Source: Macrostomum hystrix (taxonomy: Eukaryota; Animalia; Platyhelminthes). From it: a DNA stretch of 64,000 nucleotides. This document shows positions 14,801 through 25,974 of the stretch, piece after piece; position 1 is the first letter of the stretch, and each line of letters opens with the position of its first letter. A program made the position numbers and the translations under genes. The notes under the pieces are model-generated. The model did no database searches. It was given only the letters and a program-made list of their open reading frames with translations, and had not been told where the DNA came from. Location: positions 21,204,001 through 21,268,000 of the forward strand of contig CATNEN010000001.1 in NCBI GenBank assembly GCA_950097015.1. The letters are read 5' to 3'.

Positions 14801-17778
14801 AGCTTGATCCCAAATTATCCCACAGCTCATCAGGAATGCATTGTACAACCATGATCCCAAATTATCCCACAGCTCATCAGGAATGCTTTGTAGGAGCTTA
14901 ATCCCAAATTATCTTGCGAATTAGGAATATAAATGTTGCCTTGAAATCTGTATTTGTTACCACAAAAAAAATAATTTATTTTTAATTGAATTTCAGTTTA
15001 ACGAGGTGAGAATTTCATTCTGCCAGTGAGGCAATGAAATGTAGTTATGTCATTTAAACAGACTTGTAGAAGTTTAATGTTCGCATTACAATAAAAGCTT
15101 ATATAACATACGGCTCGTAAGGCAATTATTTATATTTCGCTTTTTCACCCCTAAGGGCATGATTAAGAGCACTAAATTTCGCCAATTAGCGTTTTTTGCT
15201 GCGTAAAAAATTGACAAACGCTTGACTTCAAAATACTAACTAGTACATCCGCTTACAGAAAACAATCCGCATGCCTGCAAATTGCTTCAAATCTATCTGT
15301 GTGGATGCTGCTGAAGGATCAAAGGGTAGAACTAGGACTGCTGAAGGATCAGGGGGTAGAACTAGGACTACTAAGGGATCAAGGGGTAGAACTAGGACTG
15401 CTGAAGGATCAGGGGGTAGAACTAGGACTACTAAGGGATCAATGGGTAGAACTAGGACTGCTGAAGGATCAGGGGGTAGAACTAGGACTACTAAGGGATC
15501 AAGGGGTAGAACTAGGACTGCTGAAGGATCAGGGGGTAGAACTAGGACTACTAAGGGATCAAGGGGTAGAACTAGGACTGCTGAAGGATCAGGGGGTAGA
15601 ACTAGGACTACTAAGGGATCAGGGGGTAGAACTAGGACTACTAAGGGATCAAGGGGTAGAACTAGGACTACTAAGGGATCAAAGGGTAGAACTAGGACTG
15701 CTGAAGGATCAGGGGGTAGAACTAGGACTACTAAGGGATCAAGGGGTAGAACTAGGACTACTAAGGGATCAAGGGGTAGAACTAGGACTACTAAGGGATC
15801 AAGGGGTAGAACTAGGACTACTAAGGGATCAAAGGGTAGAACTAGGACTACTAAGGGATCAAAGGGTAGAACTAGGACTACTAAGGGATCAAGGGGTAGA
15901 ACTAGGACTACTAAGGGATCAAGGGGTAGAACTAGGACTACTAAGGGATCAAGGGGTAGAACTAGTACTACTAAGGGATCAAAGCGTAGAACTAGGACTA
16001 CTAAGGGATCAAAGGGTAGAACTAGGACTACTAAGGGATCAAGGGGTAGAACTAGGACTACTAAGGGATCAAAGGGTAGAACTAGGACTACTAAGGGATC
16101 AAGGGGTAGAACTAGGACTACTAAGGGATCAAGGGGTAGAACTAGGACTGCTGAAGGATCAGGGGGTAAAACTAGGACTACTAAGGGATCAAGGGGTAGA
16201 ACTAGGACTGCTGAAGGATCAGGGGGTAGAACTAGGACTACTAAGGGATCAAGGGGTAGAACTAGGACTGCTGAAGGATCAGGGGGTAGAACTAGGACTA
16301 CTAAGGGATCAAGGGGTAGAACTAGGACTGCTGAAGGATCAGGGGGTAAAACTAGGACTACTAAGGGATCAAGGGTAGAACTAGGACTGCTGAAGGATCA
16401 GGGGGTAAAACTAGGACTACTAAGGGATCAGGGGGTAGAACTAGGACTACTAAGGGATCAAGGGGTAGAACTAGGACTACTAAGGGATCAAAGGGTAGAA
16501 CTAGGACTACTAAGGGATCAAGGGGTAGAACTAGGACTACTGAAGGATCAGGGGGTAGAACTGGGACTACTGAAGGATCAGGGGGTAGAACTAGGACTAC
16601 TAAGGGATCAAGGGGTAGAACTAGGACAACTAAGGGGTCAAAGGGTAGAACTAGGACTACTGAAGGATCAGGGGTAGAGACACAGTTCGAGCAATGAAGC
16701 ATGAAACAATCGTATGGCTCGTATGGCTTCGTATGGCTTACGAAGTAAGCCATAATAACTTAATCAGCAGGAGTCTATTACTGAATTCCGCCGCATTAAC
16801 AGCTCCGGGACATTGCCAAGAACAACAATCAGGGCAGCTCGGAGACCAGCTACCTGAAGGAGGAGAACAAGAAGATCAAGGATCAGATGGCCGAACTCAG
16901 AAGAAGAATTTCGGAGCTGCAGGCCAGGGTGAGACCTCGAAATCCAATCAATCGGCTGCTATCAATCAGTCAAATAAATATTGAGACTCGAAGCAAAAAA
17001 GCGAATCTTAACGCGCCCCGCCAGAATGACTCCCTCGAGCGCACCGTCGAGGATCTGCAGCGCGAGAACGAACAGGAGCGCCGTCGGCACAGCGATGAGC
17101 AGGAGCGGCTGGCCAAGGAGCTCACGAGCACGGAGGCGGACCTCCGGCGGGTGCTGAGCGAGCTGCAGGCTCTGCTGGACGCCAAGATCAGCTTGGAGCT
17201 GGAGATCGCCGCGTACCGCAAGCTGCTGGATGCAGAGGGTGTCGCCCTGGACAAGCTGGACAACATCAGCAGGCAGGGCAGCTTCAGGAGCACCGAAAAG
17301 CCTAGCGTGGTCATGGAGCAGCGGGTCGAGCGACGCACTGAGGTGCACGAAGGTCAGTCAGTCAGTCAGTCAGTCAGTCAGTCAGTCAGTCAGTCAGTCA
17401 GTCAGTCAGTCAGTCAGTCAGTCAGTCAGTCAGTCAGTCAGTCAGTCAGTCAGTCAGTCAGTCAGTCAGTCAGTCAGTCAGTCAGTCAGTCAGTCAGTCA
17501 GTCAGTCAGTCAGTCAGTCAGTCAGTGTCAGTCAAAACAAATCTCTGACTTTAGTCGGTCGCGTCGGTGGCAAGCAGCTGGGTTACGGAGGCCCTGGCAG
17601 TGTCGGGAGCTATGAGCCGCAGCAGCAGACAACTGTACTGAGGCGCGGCACGGCCTCCAGCCAACTGCAGCAGCCTCCACCATCTCAGCAGCAGCAGCAG
17701 CAGATGGGTGGCTACAGCAGTCGGCAGCAGAGCTCCTCGAGTTTGGCCTACGGCGGATCCTCAGCCGCCAATATCTGA
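5833..17778 (+). CDS. Cytoplasmic intermediate filament protein (long, lamin-type rod), 7 exons, 549 aa
   Basis: Exons 5833-6150, 8341-8552, 14048-14330, 14607-14765, 16803-16928, 17025-17352, 17555-17778; all GT-AG, phases compatible, 1650 nt in total. Rod start KKEMQELNERLAGYIEK and rod end ISLELEIAAYRKLLDAE are canonical IF motifs. Confidence 0.92.
6200..6875. repeat. 23-bp minisatellite (GTCATTGTACTGGATGGAAGGGG)n in IF intron 1
   Basis: Visible tandem array; the same unit recurs at 8630-9140. Confidence 0.95.
7370..8300. repeat. 30-32-bp minisatellite with internal hairpin GGTCATT-CTAC-AATGACC, IF intron 1
   Basis: Unit GGTCATTCTACAATGACCGAGTGTTAGAGGGA grading into 30-bp variants. Confidence 0.9.
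8630..9140. repeat. 22-23-bp minisatellite (same family as 6200-6875), IF intron 2
   Basis: Visible tandem array of more degenerate copies. Confidence 0.9.
9360..10100. repeat. 29-31-bp minisatellite (GGGGTAGAACTAGGACTACTGAAGGATCA)n, IF intron 2
   Basis: Visible tandem array; same family as 15303-16678. Confidence 0.95.
10478..13975. repeat. 32-bp satellite (GATGAGGATAATGACC[A/T]ATTCAGATCCTNNA[A/G])n, ~110 copies, IF intron 2
   Basis: 3.5-kb homogeneous array varying mainly at two positions. Confidence 0.97.
15303..16678. repeat. 30-bp minisatellite (GGGGTAGAACTAGGACTACTAAGGGATCAA)n, IF intron 4
   Basis: Visible array of ~45 copies; it generates the spurious 468-aa and 359-aa ORFs. Confidence 0.97.
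17353..17533. repeat. (GTCA)n microsatellite forming most of IF intron 6
   Basis: Near-perfect tetranucleotide run starting exactly at the GT donor. Confidence 0.97.
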
Positions 17779-18729
17779 TGATCGGACGACCCCCGGACAG
17801 AAATTCTGCGGCCCTTGAAAGGCTGGAAAAATCTCTAACAGATAATTTCCGATCTTGTTTCCTCCCCTGCTAACTTCTAAGTCGGTTCCATTTTATTTCC
17901 TCTGTAGTCAGTGTTTAATCTTTATCATACGGTCATTGAAACGGATCAAGCGTAACTGTCTGTGCGGCTGTGCCCACATATTACTACGAGTAGAGAGTCG
18001 AAATATTTCTAAAGCGAGACCGCTTTCTGATTTTCAAATATAAAATTTAATTAGTCCTTTTTTTAAAGACCAAAAATTCAAGTCCTTATTGTTCTTGTGA
18101 ACTGTATCTTTCGGCTATCGGTTATGGTGTCATTGTCATCTAAAGTTCATAATTCTGTGTTATTTCGTTAACATTCACACTCGCAAGTACTACTCATCTT
18201 ATAGGTAAGTAGTGCAATAGGAAAAGAATTGCCACTCCAATTAGAAGCTCTAATTTTGAGACGGCTTCAGTTTACATACGAGCATACGTACACCTGATTT
18301 AAAAAAGCGAATGCTACATTTTACTTTGGTGTCTTAGCTGTTGTGAGTTTCTAGCTAGAATGAAGTACTTATCTCAACTGTATCCAATTTACTTTGCTCG
18401 TCGTTGCCTTATCCCCGAGATCCTTGAAAGCTAAAACAGGTTTCAAAATCTTTTTCTTCCTAAATTCTCAGTCATCTCTTTTTTCTTCGTATTTTTCGCG
18501 TTTTGAATCCTAGGGCGATTTTTGTTTCGAAACTTTCACTCGCAAGTTTCGACACTCCAAAGCAGCGAATTTCGTTTGTCTTCGTAAAAGTGTCTGGTCC
18601 ACCCCAAGAATAAAAAACACTAATAATTCAACTAGCCGGAGTTTTTTCAAATTTGCCTATGCCAAATACGTAGGAAGATAATTTATTTATTTCAAGTAAA
18701 TTTTCAACAGTAAATACTACAAACTTCGG

Positions 18730-19258
18730 CCCACTGACCCACTGTACTGGTCAGGGGTAGACTGGCTGACCTACTATACTGGTCAGGGGTAGACTGGCTG
18801 ACCCACTGTACTGGTCAGGGGTAGACTGGCTGACCTACTATACTGGTCAGGGGTAGACTGGCTGACCCACTGTACTGGTGAGGGGTAGAATGGCTGACCC
18901 ACTGTACTGGTGAGGGGTAGAATGGCTGACCCACTGTACTGGTGAGGGGTAGAATGGCTGACCCACTGTACTGGTGAGGGGTAGAATGGCTGATCCACTA
19001 TACTGGCGAGGGGCAGAATGGCTGGCACACTGTACTGGTGAGGGGTAGAATGGCTGACCCACTGTACTGGTGAGGGGCAGAATGGCTGGCACACTGTACT
19101 GGTGAGGGGTAGAATGGCTGACCCACTGTACTGGTGAGGGGCAGAATGGCTGGCACACTGTACTGGTGAGGGGTAGAATGGCTGACCCACTGTACTGGTG
19201 AGGGGCAGAATGGCTGGCACACTGTACTGGTGAGGGGCAGAATGGCTGGCACACTGTG
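18730..19258. repeat. 32-bp minisatellite (ACTGTACTGGTGAGGGGTAGAATGGCTGACCC)n
   Basis: Visible array of ~16 copies. Confidence 0.95.
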
Positions 19259-19899
19259 TGTAATTTGAGATCTGATTGAACATACGGATCAAATCATTGA
19301 ATATTGACAAAATATTCCAGCTTTCGGGACATCGACAATCTGGAAGGAAATCCGCTAAAAAGGACAGAAAATTATTGCATTTTAGGAAGTTAGTAAACTT
19401 TGTGGGTTATAGCGGGATCTTGGGAGTGATTATGAGGATATGGAAAAGTGATTATGAGGATTAGGCAAGATGGGAATCAAGCCAGAGGATCTGGGACAAT
19501 GGGAATTGAACCTGAGGATCTCGGATAAGAGGGAAATCAGTGGATGCAATTTTTAGTTATTTTCAGCTCTGTTCTACATGTATGAAGAGAGGTATTTCTG
19601 TACTTAAAAAAAAGGCATGCACATATAATGTCGAAAAATTGTTTTTCCGTATTTGGTAAGGGCCTGAAAAGGGCCGTTTTTTCATTTAAATTTTCGCACT
19701 TTGTGCACGTTATTGTGTCGCGCTTGCCAATAGTTCACTCTGGCGTTGGCCCAGTTTGGTACCCGGCGCTTAGCAGGGAGACCAACTCCCGTAGAGGGCA
19801 AGCAATGGCCCGCCACCGAGCTAGCTTTTCCTCTGTACCTTCGATTTTGGCGGCCAGCATTGCTTTTGTAAGGAAAATGCGATTCATTTAGCCAATCAG

Positions 19900-20290
19900 C
19901 TTAGCCTCCAGATCCATCTTCGGTATGGCATACTTGCCATCCTTAGTAATGAGCCCCAGGTACTGGATTTTCCATGTACAACAGCGAATCCTTGGGTAAG
20001 TCAGTTGTTGGTTTCATCCTAGACTTCTCGTTCTCTACAGCGCGGTTGTCTGGTGCCCGAGTGCAGTCGAACATCCAGTGGCCCTTTATGCCGCAGCGGT
20101 AGCACATGTAGCGAGGTCCGGGATTGCCACCTGGACGTTTGCGAACGTTATAGCTGCATTCACGCAGCAATCGGTAGAACTGGTTTTCGATGACCTCCTC
20201 GTGGTAAGTGAGCGGCCGACCTCGACTGCTGGTGGTCACAGAGGCGTTCGGCTTCGCAGCCATCTCCTCCTCCTCATTGGACGCTGCTTC
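19900..20290 (-). pseudogene. RBBP6: RBBP6/Mpe1-like fragment (CCHC zinc knuckle and downstream conserved block), frameshifted
   Basis: PGPRYMCYRCGIKGHWMFDC...RMKPTTDLPKDSLLYMENPVPGA, then after a frameshift ITKDGKYAIPKMDLEA. This matches the remembered RBBP6 pattern YTCFRCGKPGHYIKNC...RIKKSTGIPRSF...GAMLTNTGKYAIP. Confidence 0.75.
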
Positions 20291-20628
20291 ATCGGCTTAA
20301 CTTTCGTTGTCGGCTTTGTCGAAGAATCGACTAAAAATGTCGCTGCGGCGTTGGCACCGACAAGAGGTCGCCTACGTCCGCTTCAGTACAGGTGGCCATC
20401 TGTATGCGAATGCCACAAAGTCGTCCTTAATGTCCACAAAGTCATGAAACCAACAACTGGCTTATTCGACCACTTCGTCGATATCGCCATCGACAGTGAT
20501 TTTTTTTATATTTACGACAGAGAAATATCGTTCCTTCTATTGTGGCTCATCGTTACATATGGCATGACAAATTTAGTTGTGCTTCCATAGGCCATTCCGA
20601 TTTGCATGTCCGCTGTTCCACATAGTCA

Positions 20629-20773
20629 TATTAACTTCGTATTCTTTGCGTTTCCACAGCTGAAAGTCGCGCAGCTCGGCCATGCTGCTAATCTACTGCT
20701 TTGGTGGCGCCGCTTGCACCTCCAGATCGCGCTCTTTGGCCTCGCCCAAAAGCTGCTCGGCTGTAATCTGCAC
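20629..20773 (-). pseudogene. CRNKL1: Crooked neck (CRNKL1/Clf1) N-terminal fragment with internal stop
   Basis: QITAEQLLGEAKERDLEVQAAPPKQ*ISSMAELRDFQLWKRKEYEVN resembles the conserved CRNKL1 N-terminus QITAEQLLREAKERELE...ELNDYKLRKRKTFEDN; TAG at 20693-20695. Confidence 0.85.
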
Positions 20774-20994
20774 CATGATGCATATGCACCAGGCAAACTT
20801 CCCATTATAGACATAATAAAAATGCACGTTTTTTCTAGTAACTTGAACTATATGATACTGATGTGCTGTAGTCTGCTGAGCTCTGTCAGCGCACTGAGTC
20901 ATATTCCACGCCATGGTGCAATCGCTTCGCTTTGGAAAAAGACTGGCAGAATATCGCTCAATGCTCATACAATAAGTATGAGCATTCTATAACT

Positions 20995-22500
20995 TCTATT
21001 TCGCCTATCGGGGACATCCAATCGGCATTTTACCAGATCTTCGTCCATCCTGCGCATAGAGATGCTCTACGCATCATATTGCCTAAGGACATCACTAAAC
21101 CACTCACTCGGGACAATGCGCAACTGTGGCGCTTCACACGGATCGTGATGGGTGCAAGTCCGTCACCATAGATTCTCTTGGCTGTGATTCACAAACTTTG
21201 CTCAGATGCTTGCACCGAGCTAGGTTTTGGGCTTGGCGCGAAAGAAACTAGCGCGAATCCCGGTGGTCTGTACATGGACAATCTGGTTCAAGGCTACGAC
21301 CTAGTGATGTGCTGTAGTCTGCTGAGCAGCCTCCAGGCAATCTGTGAAGTCAGTGCTGCCCTAGTGCTGTGGGAGGGCTTGGGAGTAGGAAGTCTGCGGT
21401 TTACCCGTGCACACTCACCTCCGCTCGCCACCCCCTCCTCATTCTCTCTCTCGTTCCAGCTCTGTCAGCGCACTGAGTCATATTGCACGCCATGGTGCAA
21501 TCGCTTCGGTTCGGAAGAAGACTGGCAGAACATCGCTCAAATGCTCCTACTATAAGTACTCCTACTATACACCGGATGGTGTTTGCATTGTGGCAGTACA
21601 CTTTCTCTACTTAGATTGCACCTGTAGGACAGTTTTTCTTCATCCTTTTGCGTTTGAGTTAGAAACTGAGTTTAGCAATGATTGGTTCTGACTCTTTTGT
21701 GTCTCAGTCGTCAAGACTAAGATACGCTATTTTTGCTAACTTAGAGATTCCTCTAGAATTAGACAATTCCCGATCCCTGAGTTAAAGCCCCAGCGAGGAA
21801 ATTTGGCAATCCCAAGCCTGACTACCTGGTTGCTCCACTGCGAGGAAGCATCGGTGTTGAGGCCGGTAAAACCCTTTCTGAGTCTTAGCGTTACTGTCTT
21901 GGTTATTTTCACCAATTGTGTGTGCCACGCTACCACAGGTACAACACTAGCAAGTGATGGCCCACGTATCGTCGCTGGTCTTCGCAATCTCTTCAAATCG
22001 GCATGCTTTCACTTGCGCGAATTTGCCTCCAACGACACGAGGGCTCTCTAAGACCTGCCACATGCGGATAGAATGGCTGACGCAGTAGTGAAAAACCTCG
22101 GTCTCGTATGGGACACAGGCCAAGACACTGTCAGACTCGCAAAGCCGAGTTACATCGCAAGTCACGTTCTCACTCGGGCGAGCCTCCTAAGCAACATTGC
22201 AAAGCCCTACGACCCATTCGTATACGCAGCAGCGCAGGATCCTACTCGCTGGCCGCTTTCTCTATAACAAGTCGTTCACCGCAGGAGATAAGTGGGACAA
22301 GCCGGCAGCTCATACTGCCATGAACGAATGGAATGATTGTCGAGAGGATTTTGAGAATATTAACCAGATCATCATGCACCGGATGCCTTACGGACCAGTT
22401 TCAACCCTGTCGCCTGGTTGTATATAGTGATTACTCTCCTAAAGCTTACGGGTTCGTCATATACATCTACCAGTTCATTGACGGTCAAGCCACCACGGCC
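20995..22500 (+). mobile_element. Degenerate BEL/Pao LTR retrotransposon pol fragments (RT, RNase H)
   Basis: GDIQSAFYQI..HRDALR, WRFTRIVMGASPSP, LYMDNLV, FHLREFASND, KNLGLVWDT, LTRASLLSNIAKPYDP, VYSDYSPKAYG; broken by stops and insertions. Confidence 0.85.
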
Positions 22501-23299
22501 TACCAACGCGTAAAAAAAGGCTGCGACGCAAGCCAGCCAGCTTGTTATATCTCGCGCAGATACCAAGTGGGTTGACGACGACGGATTCGCAGTCGCGCCA
22601 GCCGGCTCAATGTCGTCAAACAGAGACGGCGAATCGAGCTGCGTCTCTGCGTCTGCGACGCAAGCCAGCCAGCTTGTTATATCTCGCGCAGATACCAAGT
22701 GGGTTGACGACGACGGATTCGCAGTCGCGCCAGCCGGCTCAATGAGCCTCTTCACGAAAATCGGTTCTAGAACCAGAATAAATTCGATTTCTGGAACCCG
22801 AACCAGAGCAAAATGAGGAGCTTCAAATAAAAATAAAGAAAACAAACGGAATATTTTTTTGTTACAGCATGAACTAATAATCATCATGCAGTCATTTACT
22901 ATTACTATTTTCTACCCAGGAATAGTATATAAAAGTGTATTTGTTTTACTACACGATCAAAATGTTCAACACTCGGATTTATTTGCAAGAAATAAGCACC
23001 GCTAGCTTTTATGTTCAGATTCAGTCCACAGCGTATTATTCAGGGTGTGTTTTTTACTTTCACTAACTTAAAATGGAACATTAGACAAAATTTAGTTTAT
23101 TAAAAGTTAATTTCATAATCGAAATCACCGCCGAGTCTGAGAACGAAGCCCTGCAGTACCTCAAAAGCTGCGCATTTCGCACACTAGGAGAGCGCATAGT
23201 TATACAGCCTCCCACGGGACATGAAGATTGACTCCTTAAAGCACGAATTTTTTAAGGTACTTTGGACAGCGGAAGTACATGTGGAGACAGCCAGTCTGC

Positions 23300-23530
23300 T
23301 GTAGCCGGTGAATCTGGAAGTTCTACATCTAAGGATCTTAGTCTTAAAGCATCTGCTGAAGAGAAGCGTAAACTTGAAACGTGCTTCCTGGCACGTGTAT
23401 CTAAGCGTAAGAAAGAATTCGAAAGCAAGATAATTAAAAAGAAAGTTATTTGGAAGCATCTTGAAGACGACATGCAAAAGCAAGGACACCAACTACCTGC
23501 GGAACATCGAATAAGTTTTAAAACAAGCAC
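23300..23530 (+). pseudogene. Myb/SANT-like (trihelix) DNA-binding domain fragment, probably Harbinger-derived
   Basis: KEFESKIIKKKVIWKHLEDDMQKQGHQLPAEH resembles the F..KK..W..I...M...G pattern of transposon Myb/SANT proteins. Confidence 0.45.
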
Positions 23531-25946
23531 AAAAATTCACCTGGCCACAGCCTCGGCTGATGCACTTCGGTACTGCTCACATTGTGCACGCATTCAAATT
23601 GGATATTATCTCTATCAACTCTTTTAATCTATTAATCTATTCTTTTAATCTCATTTTAATAACCAGAAAAGTTCGATTTTTCGTCTGCAAAATTATGTCT
23701 GTCTGTTCAGGTATTTCTTGCTGCTCCTGCTCTTGTTCCTCCCTCGGCTCTTCGGACGGTTCTCCAGACGGTCGACGAGGCGAAGGCGGTGTCTTTCTCT
23801 TCTGTGTCAGATTTTTTATCAATGTTAGGTGTGATAATTTTTTTGCCTGTTTCGTAAGTTGAATTACGCTGCATCTATTCGACACGCTGCCGCAACTCTT
23901 TGGTCACATACTAACAGGCTCCCAGTTAACAATTCAAATTCAGATGCCCGGCACATTTTCTGGTTGCCAATGTATTGAACGAATCAAGACAGCGCAAAAG
24001 CAGTGTTCCAGTTTCAACAGAGCGGAAGATACTCGCTCAAAGGCTGTGAGCAAAGCCCTCTCAAAAGGCAGCCAGCATGAGTATTTGAAAGGGCTGTTTT
24101 TTGACACACCTGCCAAAAAAACTTAAAAGGGACAGAAAAGCTTGAATCAACTACGTCCAAGCGACTCGTTGCGAGAGAGTGTAATGCCAGTCGCGCAGGA
24201 GACAGGTGTGAAGACACCGTTACCATATACAAGGGGGTGCGGCTGATTACAAGCAATGATGCGCAGACAAACGGCTATGAACTGGATGCTCGTAAAATCC
24301 AACGTTAACAACGCCTGCGCCCCCTCAATAAAGAGAGGGGGCGCAGTGTCCTTAATTATTCGTCCAACTTTTTTAATTATCAATCCCCGCTATATCAAAG
24401 TCTAAATTTCTATCATCTGCTAAAGTACGGCCCATTTCAATAAGCAATATATTTTAACAACGCAAAGGAAAGGGACCCTCTCTGCACTGCATGTGGAGAG
24501 AACTTAGATCAGACAATCTCAGCTGGGCCATGTACATTAAACAAAAGGGAGGGGCTGGCCCACTATAGCCCTCCTTCAAGCCACAGACACTCAGGCTGAG
24601 AGAACCCCCTCCCCTCGATTTTTATCGATCGGGCGGTACAGCCATCCTTTCCATCCCCGCAAGCGAAAGCGAAAGCCTTGGCCCCAGCTTTTAAATGTAC
24701 ATTCAAACCTCAATAGACAGAAATCTCGTCCACACAAACAAACACTGACAAATGCATGGAGGGCTGTAGCCTGTGTATTCTATTTCTAATTCAAGCTTCA
24801 ACTAATGAAATTTTGGTTTCAATTTTCATGTGATGCAAAAAAAGTTGATCGCAAAAACAGGATGATCTTTCATTAATTACTGTTTACTTCCTATTCATAT
24901 TTCATCAGATAATTAAACTTTCACTAGGTTTTAGTAGATTTTGAATCTGAAATGTTTGGTGTGGCAGGTTTTATGGTCACATAAAATATTTCCAGGGTTA
25001 AATAGGTTGGCAGAATGGTTTCTTTGAATTACATGTCCAAGATATATTCTATTCAGCTATGGAATCCATCATTTACAAAGCGCCACAAACAATACTTGAT
25101 ATTCTAAATCAAACAGTCATCATTCAAAACTATTCACAGACATCAGCACACATAATAAAATTCTCGATAAATGATTTATGTAGCTGCTAAAGGTCCATAA
25201 ATACTCATTATCAAAGAAAGTAACTCATATGCTAAGCAATGTGCAAATAGTTGACATAGGAACACAATTAATAATAAAAAACACATATACACTAATGAGG
25301 TTCATCTAATAATTACATTCAAGATGTTAGGTCAAAACTGATATAAGAAATTTCACTAGTAGATGGTAGCCAACTTACGTGTCAATAGAAAGCCAATAGA
25401 AAGAGAAAGCACAGCTTGCAATGATGCAAGTGCAACTATGCCTAGGGCTAAAGCTAAACCACAAGTGTGCACAGTACATGAGTGTCTTAAGCATTGTTAT
25501 CCGCCAGTTTCAAAAAGCACAAATAAATAAAATGATACTTACATGAAAAGCTTGCAATTATTAAAGGGACAGTGATAGGGAAACTAAAAACTATATGCAA
25601 AATTGGCAAAATGATCAGATGAATAAGAAAAAAGCAAGTGTGATAATGAAAGATGCTAAAATGAGTAGGGGAAATTAATAGTGATGATATTTACAGATGC
25701 TAGAAAAGCATGTGCAGAAATGAGGAGCAAGCAATTACTAGGTTCCAAAAGTAGAAAATATTTAAACTTAAACTTGTCAAGATAAATGTAAGCAATAAAG
25801 TATTAACACTTCATATAATTATTCACAATATTTATTACGAAGTTATGAACTATAGAAAGAGGCAAGGAAGGATAAGATGAATTCAGTGATAAAGTGCAGA
25901 GAACGTGAGATACAATTGAATTGAATGAAACGCGCCACGGGCAAAC

Positions 25947-25974
25947 CAAGGACCACTTCTTCTAGTGGTCCTTG
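25947..25974. mobile_element. 28-bp transposon footprint (CA...TG inverted termini, 8-bp TSD)
   Basis: GGGCAAAC | CAAGGACCACT-TCTTCT-AGTGGTCCTTG | GGGCAAAC. Confidence 0.7.

Noticed and set aside
15271-16753. Long ORFs of 468, 359 and 130 aa
   Set aside because: Translations of a stop-free 30-bp minisatellite inside IF intron 4.
5833-17778. Nuclear lamin call
   Set aside because: No NLS, Ig-like tail or CaaX in the predicted protein.
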